From assembly GCA_031549085.1 (NCBI GenBank), contig JAVBQL010000019.1, positions 696 through 64,695 on the forward strand: a DNA stretch of 64,000 nucleotides, written 5' to 3'. The notes beneath the pieces were generated by a model. The model had not been told where the DNA came from. It worked only from the letters and a program-made list of their open reading frames with translations, and searched no databases. This document shows, in pieces, positions 38,500 to 45,896 of this stretch. The first letter of the stretch is position 1, and each line of letters begins with the position of its first letter. This DNA is from Spirochaetota bacterium. GTDB taxonomy: Bacteria; Spirochaetota; GWE2-31-10; MWDO01. Made by a program: the position numbers and the translations under genes.

Positions 38500-40281
38500 T
38501 TAATCCAAAATCGCCTTTATTCTTCTCACTCCTGCAGAGGAGGATTGCTCTTTCACTATCTTAAAGTGGTGAAGCTCACTTGTGTTATTCACATGTGGAC
38601 CGCCGCAAACTTCAATACTAAAGTCACCAATGGTATACATCTTAACCTTCTCATCATATTTTCCAGTGAATAGAGCTATTGCCCCTCGCTTCTTCGCCTC
38701 ATCAAGGGTCACAATCTCCATAGTAATAGGAATAGCCCTTTTTATCTGCTCGTTTACCAACTCTTCAACTTTTTTAAGGTCTGCATCATCAATTTTATCA
38801 GGGTGAGTAAAGTCGAACCTAAGCCTTGTTGCATCAATGTTTGAACCCTTTTGAGCAACATGGTCTCCTAATATTTTTTTCAATGCTGTATGCAAAAGAT
38901 GTGTCGCCGTATGAAGTCTTGTTGTCGCCTCACTATGATCAGCCAAACCGCCCTTAAAGCTATCAGTTTGTGCCTGCTGAGAGAGAGCCTTATGCTTTTC
39001 AAAAGCCTCATTAAAGCCAGCCTCATCAACAGAGAGCCCATTTTCAGCCGCCACCTCTTTTGTAAACTCCAGTGGGAAGCCATAAGTATCATATAGTCTA
39101 AATGCCACACGCCCAGAGATCATTGTTTGATTATTCTCTTTAAGCTTTGGCATAATTTTCTCAAGCTCTTTCAAGCCGCTCTCGATTGTCTCCTCAAACT
39201 TTTTCTCCTCTCTAGTTAGCTCTTCATATATTTTAGATTCGTTTGTTTTTAACTCTGGATAGAACTCAGCCATCAAATCGACAACAATCTTTGCAATCTT
39301 AGCAAGGAATAGCTCATTTATTGAGAGCTGCTTTCCATAGCGGATAGCACGGCGAATCAATCTTCGAAGAACATAGCCAGCTCCAACATTTGAGGGGGCA
39401 ATCCCCCTCTCATCACCAATTATAAAAACTGATGTCCTAATATGGTCAGCAACTATCCTCATAGCTTTTGTGATAGCTGCACTCTCGCCATACTTTTTTC
39501 CAGATATCTCCTCAATCTTTGCGATTATTGGGGTAAAGCTCTCCGTCTCATAGACAGTCTCTTTGCCTGTCAGCATAGCAACTGTACGCTCAATTCCCAT
39601 GCCTGTATCAACATTTTTTTGGGAGAGCGGTGTATAGCTCCCATCTTTATTTTTATTATACTGCATAAAGACATCGTTCCATATCTCGATATACTTACCG
39701 CAATGGCAGCCCGGTGAACAGTCAGCCCCACAAGCCGTTAACCCTGTATCAATAAACATCTCTGTGTCTGGCCCACAAGGTCCAGTGAGTCCAGCAGGTC
39801 CCCACCAGTTGTCCTTCTTTGGCTTGTAGTATATATGAGAATCCTCAACACCAAGAGACTTCCAAATAGCAGCCGACTCATCATCACGAGGAGCATCACT
39901 GTCCCCCTCAAAGACGGTTATATATATCTGATCTTTTTTAAAGCCAAGCTCTTTTATTAGAAACTCAAAGGAGTACTCAATTGCCTCTTTTTTAAAGTAG
40001 TCTCCGATTGACCAGTTTCCAAGCATCTCAAAAAAGGTCAAGTGAGATGAGTCTCCAACCTCATCAATATCTCCAGTACGTATACACTTTTGATAGTCAA
40101 CAAGCCTCTTCCCTTGTGGGTGCGGTTCTCCCAAAAGGTATGGAACAAGCGGGTGCATTCCTGCTGTTGTAAAGAGAACAGTCGGGTCGTTTTCAGGTAT
40201 TAATGAGGCATATTTAATTTCGCTATGCCCCTTTGATTTGAAAAAATCTATATATTTCTTTCGTAAAATTCTAAAATCCAT
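38500..40281 (-). CDS. alaS: Alanyl-tRNA synthetase, short form lacking the C-Ala domain
   Basis: FTTAGM class II motif, editing-domain HTATHLLH and CGGPHV. The ORF ends right after the editing domain at 593 aa. Confidence 0.85.
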   Translation of the reverse strand: MDFRILRKKYIDFFKSKGHSEIKYASLIPENDPTVLFTTAGMHPLVPYLLGEPHPQGKRLVDYQKCIRTGDIDEVGDSSHLTFFEMLGNWSIGDYFKKEAIEYSFEFLIKELGFKKDQIYITVFEGDSDAPRDDESAAIWKSLGVEDSHIYYKPKKDNWWGPAGLTGPCGPDTEMFIDTGLTACGADCSPGCHCGKYIEIWNDVFMQYNKNKDGSYTPLSQKNVDTGMGIERTVAMLTGKETVYETESFTPIIAKIEEISGKKYGESAAITKAMRIVADHIRTSVFIIGDERGIAPSNVGAGYVLRRLIRRAIRYGKQLSINELFLAKIAKIVVDLMAEFYPELKTNESKIYEELTREEKKFEETIESGLKELEKIMPKLKENNQTMISGRVAFRLYDTYGFPLEFTKEVAAENGLSVDEAGFNEAFEKHKALSQQAQTDSFKGGLADHSEATTRLHTATHLLHTALKKILGDHVAQKGSNIDATRLRFDFTHPDKIDDADLKKVEELVNEQIKRAIPITMEIVTLDEAKKRGAIALFTGKYDEKVKMYTIGDFSIEVCGGPHVNNTSELHHFKIVKEQSSSAGVRRIKAILD

Positions 40282-40385
40282 AATATCTCCAAAATATCAT
40301 TTAAACAGCTTTTTATCATAAAATATTATAATAGTATATAACAAATTATAAGCAAAAATTGAAACAAAATCTCTATTTTTTTTTT

Positions 40386-40484
40386 GATGTAGAATAGTAA
40401 GATATACATAACAAAGATTTTTGTATTCATTTTGAAAAAATGACCAACAAAAATCGACTTATGTGTACCATACTATTCTACATC
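40386..40484 (+). repeat. Structured core unit U6 (type I variant)
   Basis: GATGTAGAATAGTAAGATATACAT-AACAAAGATTTTTGTAT-TCATTTT-GAA-AAAATGA-CCAACAAAAATCGACTT-ATGTGTACCATACTATTCTACATC. Confidence 0.85.
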
Positions 40485-40530
40485 TGTTCGACAAAATTGA
40501 GTGATACTGCATATATAAAGATTGAAAATA

Positions 40531-40607
40531 AGATACAGTACAACAAAGATTTTGTATATTTTGCGAAAGCAAAATCGAACAAAATTGGCTTATCTACTCT
40601 GTTATCT
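40531..40607 (+). repeat. Structured core unit U7 (type I, weaker outer stem)
   Basis: AGATACAGTAC-AACAAAGATTTTGTATATTTTGCGAAAGCAAAATCGAACAAAATTGGCTTA-TCTACTCTGTTATCT. Confidence 0.7.
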
Positions 40608-40610
40608 GTA

Positions 40611-40680
40611 AGGTATAATAAAATCGATTAAAATATCTCATCCATAACCACAAAACCAATAAAAGCGACTTATATTGTGA
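40611..40680 (+). repeat. Fragments carrying only the 3' core motif
   Basis: ATAAAATCGATTA (~40617) and AATAAAAGCGACTTATATT (~40658), without a matching 5' half. Confidence 0.4.
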
Positions 40681-40686
40681 AGTTAA

Positions 40687-40770
40687 AAGATGGGTGATAC
40701 AATAGCATAACAAAGATTTTATATTGCTTGCACGAATAAAATCGACTTATGCTATTGTATCACCCATCTT
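40687..40770 (+). repeat. Structured core unit U8 (type II, perfect 22-bp outer stem)
   Basis: AAGATGGGTGATACAATAGCAT-AACAAAGATTTTATATTGCTTGCACGAATAAAATCGACTT-ATGCTATTGTATCACCCATCTT. Confidence 0.9.
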
Positions 40771-40786
40771 GTTTTTTTATCTCTTA

Positions 40787-40830
40787 AACTCCCTGCCCTT
40801 ATGTTAAGGGCGGGGATGGGGGTGGGTTAG
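40787..40830 (-). repeat. GC-hairpin module copy e (G-rich variant)
   Basis: AACTCCCTGCCCTTATGTTAAGGGCGGGGATGGGGGTGGGTTAG. This is the only copy not next to a gene 3' end. Confidence 0.7.
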
Positions 40831-41003
40831 AATAAAAAACTTTCCTTCTCCCCTCTAAAGACAACAAAATCTCTACTTTTTTTTAAAAAAGATTGTTTAT
40901 AATGAAAAAGTTTGCTATTATAAAAATGTAAATTTAAGTTGTTTTAATCAATTTTTAAACTTCTTTTGTGACAAAAAACTTAAAACTATAAGGATAACCA
41001 TTA

Positions 41004-42446
41004 ATGAAAAGCAGAGAAAGATTTTTATGGATTACACTTACATGTACTTTTGCGTTCGTTATTTTATTCACTCTCTTTGTAAATGCAAGTACAAGCTCTT
41101 CCGTTTCTAACAAATCAATTCAAAAATTTCTAACTGTACTAGAAAAAGTTAAGAGAGACTATGTTGATGATAAGGCATTGGATGACAAAAAACTCATTAA
41201 TGGCGCAATAAAGGGTATGCTTGATGCAATTGGCGATCCGCATACTGTATATCTATCTCCTGAAGAGTTAAGCGATCTACGAAGTACATCAGAGGGAGCT
41301 TTTGGCGGTGTTGGTATGATTATCTCAGAGAGAGATGACTACACAGTGGTTGTATCTCCAATTGAGGACACCCCAGCATACAAAAAGGGTATGAAGCCTG
41401 GAGATTTGATCATAACTGTTGATGGAAAATCTACAAAGGGACTTCGTGTTGATGAGGTTGCAAAGATGCTTAAAGGGACACCTGGCACATCAGTTAAAAT
41501 TGAGTTTTTGCGTGATGAGGTTAAATTTGAAGTTGAGCTTATACGTGCAAATATAGATTTCCCAAGTGTGAAGAGTGGATATATCGGTGATAACAACAAA
41601 TATGGATACCTAAGAATAACACAATTTGCAGGAACAACAAGCAAGCATGTTCATGATGAGCTTATCAAACTTATGAATAATAAGATTGAGGGACTTATTG
41701 TAGATCTCAGAATGAATCCGGGTGGACTTCTAAGGCAGGTTGTTGAGATTGTAGACTACTTCCAAGATGATGGTGTTATAGTATCAACTAAGGGAAGAAG
41801 TATTTTTAGTGACAGCATTGAGAAGGCAAACAAGTTTAATACAATTGTACCAAAGAATATACCTATGATAGTTCTGATAGATGATGGTTCAGCTTCAGCA
41901 TCTGAAATTTTTGCAGGAGCTGTGAAAGATACAAACAGAGCAATACTCGTTGGAGATAAATCTTATGGAAAGGGCTCTGTTCAGACATTCCATGAGCTTG
42001 ATGGTGGAGTTGATGGATTTAAGCTTACAATTGCTAAATATTACACTCCTTCAGGTATATGTATAGATGGCATTGGAATTGAGCCTGATATCAAAGTTAA
42101 AGAGCCAGAATTCAGCGAGCAAGAGAAGGAGACTCTAAAGAAGTTGTATACAGATAAAATCATTGACCAATATGTGAAGAAGAACCCAAAGGCAAATCAA
42201 GATGAAGTCAACAAGTGGGTTGCCGAATTGAAAACAAAGGGCTACAACCTACCAGATAAATATCTCAAAAAATTATTCAAAAATGCTCTTGATATAAGTG
42301 TAGAGAACAAACCACCTTATGACCTTGAATATGATATTCAACTGCAAAAGGCTTTGGAGATATTAAACAAGAAAGAGTATCAATACAATGATGGACAGTA
42401 CAACATAGTGAAACAGGATAACACAAAGACAGGGACAGCAAATTAA
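41004..42446 (+). CDS. ctpA: C-terminal processing (S41, tail-specific) peptidase
   Basis: PDZ domain, GSASASEIF (catalytic Ser) and GKGSVQ (catalytic Lys). Confidence 0.85.
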   Translation: MKSRERFLWITLTCTFAFVILFTLFVNASTSSSVSNKSIQKFLTVLEKVKRDYVDDKALDDKKLINGAIKGMLDAIGDPHTVYLSPEELSDLRSTSEGAFGGVGMIISERDDYTVVVSPIEDTPAYKKGMKPGDLIITVDGKSTKGLRVDEVAKMLKGTPGTSVKIEFLRDEVKFEVELIRANIDFPSVKSGYIGDNNKYGYLRITQFAGTTSKHVHDELIKLMNNKIEGLIVDLRMNPGGLLRQVVEIVDYFQDDGVIVSTKGRSIFSDSIEKANKFNTIVPKNIPMIVLIDDGSASASEIFAGAVKDTNRAILVGDKSYGKGSVQTFHELDGGVDGFKLTIAKYYTPSGICIDGIGIEPDIKVKEPEFSEQEKETLKKLYTDKIIDQYVKKNPKANQDEVNKWVAELKTKGYNLPDKYLKKLFKNALDISVENKPPYDLEYDIQLQKALEILNKKEYQYNDGQYNIVKQDNTKTGTAN

Positions 42447-42464
42447 AAATAGATAGTATATAAA

Positions 42465-42500
42465 AAGTAGAGAGCTTAAACCGGCTCTCTACTTTTTCTT
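42465..42500 (+). terminator. Intrinsic terminator of ctpA
   Basis: AGTAGAGAGC-TTAAACCG-GCTCTCTACT followed by TTTTCTT. Confidence 0.6.
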
Positions 42501-42557
42501 AAATTTGGGAGATCTATTTATATAGAAGATAACCTATATTCACTTAGGAGACTATTT

Positions 42558-43049
42558 ATGGAAGTATTTAAATCTTCATTTTTTGTTTTGATGCTACTTT
42601 GTATTATAGGTTTTATAAAACCTTATAATACAAATGCCAACACTAAGATCAATGGCCGTGCAAAAATATTACATGATGCTAGAAAAAAGATTAATAGTAA
42701 TAATGAGGTTTTTGGTGAATATGATTGTTTAAGCACTAAGAAAGCTAATTTCAGTATGATGAATGATTTCAGTATGATATGGAATGAAGAGTATCTATAC
42801 TTTTACTATACAAATAGTTATGATTATATCTATACAATATACAGAATAAAAATTAAAAATTTTACCGATGAATCATTTGCTGAAGATAGGAGTGAGAAAT
42901 ATAGTTATAAGAGTTCGTTGGAATATATAGATGAAAAAGGATTTTTTGGAGAATATGGTACTACAATCTACTATAGCCTATCACCTGATAGTAACTATCT
43001 ACATCTATCTTATGATAAAAAGTATCTTCGTTTTAAAAGATTAAAATAG
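42558..43049 (+). CDS. Small secreted protein of unknown function
   Basis: N-terminal hydrophobic signal-like segment and AGGAG upstream. No recognisable family. Confidence 0.35.
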   Translation: MEVFKSSFFVLMLLCIIGFIKPYNTNANTKINGRAKILHDARKKINSNNEVFGEYDCLSTKKANFSMMNDFSMIWNEEYLYFYYTNSYDYIYTIYRIKIKNFTDESFAEDRSEKYSYKSSLEYIDEKGFFGEYGTTIYYSLSPDSNYLHLSYDKKYLRFKRLK

Positions 43050-43104
43050 TATTTTTCTAAATCTTCTAAATTTATAAAAAAGAAATTTATAATAGGATAA
43101 AAAA

Positions 43105-44337
43105 ATGGATAACATAAAAGTTGCAGAGAAACCGCTTCTAAACAATGTAAATGGCTTTTTAGATTTTGGAATTGCATGTGGACTAAAAAAGAGTAGTGCC
43201 TTAGATTTGGGAGTGGTATACTCAATTGTTCCATCAACAGTCTTTGCAAAGTTTACTACAAATAAGTATAAGGCAGCCCCGCTATTGGTAGATATAGAGA
43301 ACCTAAAAAAGAGTAAAAATAGGGCAAGACTACTGATTGTAAACAGTGGAAACGCCAACGCCTGCACAGGTGAAAAGGGATTCAATGACTCTTTAAAGAC
43401 ATGTGAGGTTGGAGCAGAACTATTTGATGTAAACACAAATGAAGTTCTTGTCTCTTCAACCGGCGTAATTGGTGTAAACCTTGATGTCAATAAAGTTGTT
43501 GGTGGCTTAAAAACTATACACTCATCTTTTATAAAGAGTGGAAAAGAGCATTCAAATAATTTTTCAAAGGCTATAATGACAACTGATACAAAAGAGAAGG
43601 TCTTTGAAGTCAAGGTAAATGATGATGGAAGCCAATACTCTATATATGGCTGCTGTAAGGGTTCAGGTATGATCCACCCAAATATGGCGACAATGCTCTG
43701 CTATTTATTTACAGACTGCAATATTGAAGATTCACTTTTAGAGAGTGCGTTTACGGAGATTGTTGATTTAAGCTTCAATTCGATAAGTGTTGATGGTGAC
43801 ACAAGCACCAATGATACTGTTATGATTTTTAAAAATGGTCTTGCAAACAACAAGATTATTGATAATAAAAAGAGCGAGAGCTATCACACATTTTACAATG
43901 CACTTCTTCTAACAGCAACAGAGCTTGCAAAAAAAGTTGTTGAGGATGGTGAGGGAGCAACAAAGCTAATAGAGATAGATATAAAAAATGCAGCAACACT
44001 CTCTATGGCAAAAAATATTGCAAAATCCATTGCTCGCTCAAGTTTAGTAAAGACAGCTATGTTTGGTGAAGATGCAAACTGGGGAAGAGTTATCTGTGCA
44101 GTAGGTTACAGCGGAGAGAACTTTGATACAAACAAGCTTAAACTCTCAATAGGTGATCTTCTCCTATTTGAAAATGGGCTTAATCACCCTTTTGATGAGG
44201 AAGCAGCGAAAGAGATCCTAGCCAAAAAAAATATCACAATAACTGTTGATATCGGGATGGGAGATATCTCCTACAAATATTGGACATGTGATTTGAGCTA
44301 TGAATATGTAAAGATCAATGCTGACTATCGCTCGTAA
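43105..44337 (+). CDS. argJ: Bifunctional ornithine acetyltransferase / N-acetylglutamate synthase
   Basis: Autoprocessing site HPNMATMLCYL and the KGSGMIHP motif. Confidence 0.9.
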   Translation: MDNIKVAEKPLLNNVNGFLDFGIACGLKKSSALDLGVVYSIVPSTVFAKFTTNKYKAAPLLVDIENLKKSKNRARLLIVNSGNANACTGEKGFNDSLKTCEVGAELFDVNTNEVLVSSTGVIGVNLDVNKVVGGLKTIHSSFIKSGKEHSNNFSKAIMTTDTKEKVFEVKVNDDGSQYSIYGCCKGSGMIHPNMATMLCYLFTDCNIEDSLLESAFTEIVDLSFNSISVDGDTSTNDTVMIFKNGLANNKIIDNKKSESYHTFYNALLLTATELAKKVVEDGEGATKLIEIDIKNAATLSMAKNIAKSIARSSLVKTAMFGEDANWGRVICAVGYSGENFDTNKLKLSIGDLLLFENGLNHPFDEEAAKEILAKKNITITVDIGMGDISYKYWTCDLSYEYVKINADYRS

Positions 44338-44347
44338 AGCCCTATCT

Positions 44348-44392
44348 CTAATCCCCCCAACCCCCTTTTATCAAAAAGGGGGCTTTAAAAAG
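44348..44392 (+). repeat. GC-hairpin module copy f, the left inverted terminus of the 420-bp mosaic
   Basis: CTAATCCCCCCAACCCCCTTTTATCAAAAAGGGGGCTTTAAAAAG. Starts 11 nt after the argJ stop. Confidence 0.85.
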
Positions 44393-44418
44393 AGGATTCT
44401 TGCTTAGATATGAGCGGG

Positions 44419-44511
44419 AGTTTTTGCTAAGACACAAAAGAGTCGATTTTTGTTAGAACTTTCTTACGAAAGTAATACAAAAATCTTTATCTTTTGCATC
44501 TTATAAAACTC
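44419..44511 (-). repeat. Structured core unit U9 (reverse orientation)
   Basis: Reverse complement reads ...TAAAGATTTTTGTATT-ACTTTC-GTAA-GAAAGT-TCTAACAAAAATCGACT... Outer arms GAGTTTTTGCTAAGACACAAAAGA / TCTTTTGCATCTTATAAAACTC are mostly complementary. Confidence 0.75.
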
Positions 44512-44582
44512 CCTAAATTATAAAAAACTATTCGCAATATATAAGTTTTTTTTAATAAACAAGCTTATCGCTGACAAATCAA

Positions 44583-44683
44583 ACAAAAAGATAAATGAGA
44601 TGCCAAAAACAAAGCTTTTTTTATATTTTGCACAGCAAAATCGAACAAAAAGCGACTTTTAGGTATCTTGTTTATCTTTTTGT
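44583..44683 (+). repeat. Structured core unit U10 (type I)
   Basis: ACAAAAAGATAAATGAGATGCCAAAA-ACAAAGCTTTTTTTATATTTTGCACAGCAAAATCGAACAAAAAGCGACTT-TTAGGTATCTTGTTTATCTTTTTGT. Confidence 0.75.
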
Positions 44684-44724
44684 CTTTATTACAATAAAAA
44701 AGCTATTTTTTTTGAACTAGCCTT

Positions 44725-44769
44725 CTTTTTAAAGCCCCCTTTTTGATAAAAGGGGGTTTGGGGGATTAG
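44725..44769 (-). repeat. GC-hairpin module copy g, the right inverted terminus of the mosaic
   Basis: The reverse complement CTAATCCCCCAAACCCCCTTTTATCAAAAAGGGGGCTTTAAAAAG matches copy f at 44 of 45 positions. Ends 7 nt from the stop of the PhoU-fusion gene. Confidence 0.85.
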
Positions 44770-44775
44770 AAAAAG

Positions 44776-45870
44776 TTACTTCCCTCTACTCTCCACAAGC
44801 TTTATAAAATCTTCCACCATAGCTTTTATATCATCTCTAATCTCTCTAGCTCTTGAGAGTTTTTCAGATTCACTTCCTTGAAGTTCTGCTCCACCCTTGA
44901 TATTCCAATTGAGAAGCTCACTCTTCCATGGAAGTTCGAGAGGCTTCTCTTGAGAATTTTCATCGCACAAGTTAATAACATAATCAAAATTTTTCTCAAA
45001 TTTTGATATATCCTCAATAGACTTCGTTCTGTTTTTTGATATATATATATTAACCTCGCTCATCACCTCAACAGCATATGGATTCAAAGTTCCCTTAGAG
45101 ATGCCAGCACTCACTACATGAAACTCATCTTTTCCAAATTTTTTTAGGAGAGCTTCAGCTATCTGACTTGTCAATGAGTTCTCTTCACAAATAAACAGCA
45201 CTTTTGTTTGGCTCTCTCTCCTATACCAGTGGTGCTTTATAATCTTCCCCTCAACCATATAGACAACATTTTCTGATATATTTGTTGTTAAGTCTGCAAT
45301 TCTCTCCAAACTATCGGAGATATCTATTAAGGAGAGAGCTCTCTCTATATTTTTTGGGTGAAGAGTCATAAATTTAACAGCCTCTTTAAAAAACTTATTC
45401 GCCAAAAAATCAACTTCACTGTCCCTTATACAAACCTCACGTGCAAGAAATGAGTCTCTATCTATAAAAGATTTCATACTATCTTTAAGCATTGCAAGAG
45501 CAACATCTTTAATCTTTATAATATCTTTTAAAAAATGTGAGATTGGCTCATCAACAATTTTGATTGAATGTTTAGCAATAGTAACCGCATTGTCCGCCAT
45601 TCTCTCAATGTCATAGTTCATCTTGCTGATAATAAATACAGTACGAAGAAATATCGCCTCCGGCTGATAGAGAGCAATCGTCCTAATGCAGAGTCTATCA
45701 ATCTTTATCTCATTTTTATTAACCTTAGGCTCCTGCTTATCTATAACCTTCTCAAGAAGATCTTTATCATTCTCAATCAAACCCTTAATGGCATTTGTAA
45801 TCATCTTATCAGCTCTATTTGCCTGCTTTAGTATATGTTCCTTAAGTGAAGTTATCTCTTTCTCTATCAT
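44776..45870 (-). CDS. PhoU domain fused to a degenerate ArsC/LMW-PTP-like domain
   Basis: aa 1-~215: two PhoU repeats (DIERMADNAVTIAK and SLERIADLTTNISE). aa ~223-364 align by eye to Bacillus-type ArsC/LMW-PTP (KVLFICEENSLTSQIAE...VVSAGI...LNPYAVEVMSEVNIYIS...VINLC), but the P-loop reads CEENSLTS rather than CxGNxCRS. Confidence 0.75.
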   Translation of the reverse strand: MIEKEITSLKEHILKQANRADKMITNAIKGLIENDKDLLEKVIDKQEPKVNKNEIKIDRLCIRTIALYQPEAIFLRTVFIISKMNYDIERMADNAVTIAKHSIKIVDEPISHFLKDIIKIKDVALAMLKDSMKSFIDRDSFLAREVCIRDSEVDFLANKFFKEAVKFMTLHPKNIERALSLIDISDSLERIADLTTNISENVVYMVEGKIIKHHWYRRESQTKVLFICEENSLTSQIAEALLKKFGKDEFHVVSAGISKGTLNPYAVEVMSEVNIYISKNRTKSIEDISKFEKNFDYVINLCDENSQEKPLELPWKSELLNWNIKGGAELQGSESEKLSRAREIRDDIKAMVEDFIKLVESRGK

Positions 45871-45896
45871 AGTAGCACTCCTATCAAAATATTTTT

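Noticed and set aside
43041-43613. Antisense or shadow ORFs inside long genes (for example 43041-43613, 31212-31538, 33292-34089, 25845-26126, 41339-41644, 50529-50822)
   Set aside because: Each lies entirely within a well-supported gene on the opposite strand, has biased low-complexity composition and no RBS. These are typical shadow ORFs.
30648-44683. Whether the repeated units could be a CRISPR array or integron attC sites
   Set aside because: Spacing is irregular (kilobases, with housekeeping genes between). Each unit is an individual palindrome with unique arms rather than a direct repeat with spacers, and there are no cas genes. For attC, the conserved boxes should be at the outer ends with a variable centre, which is the opposite of what is seen, and no intI gene is present.
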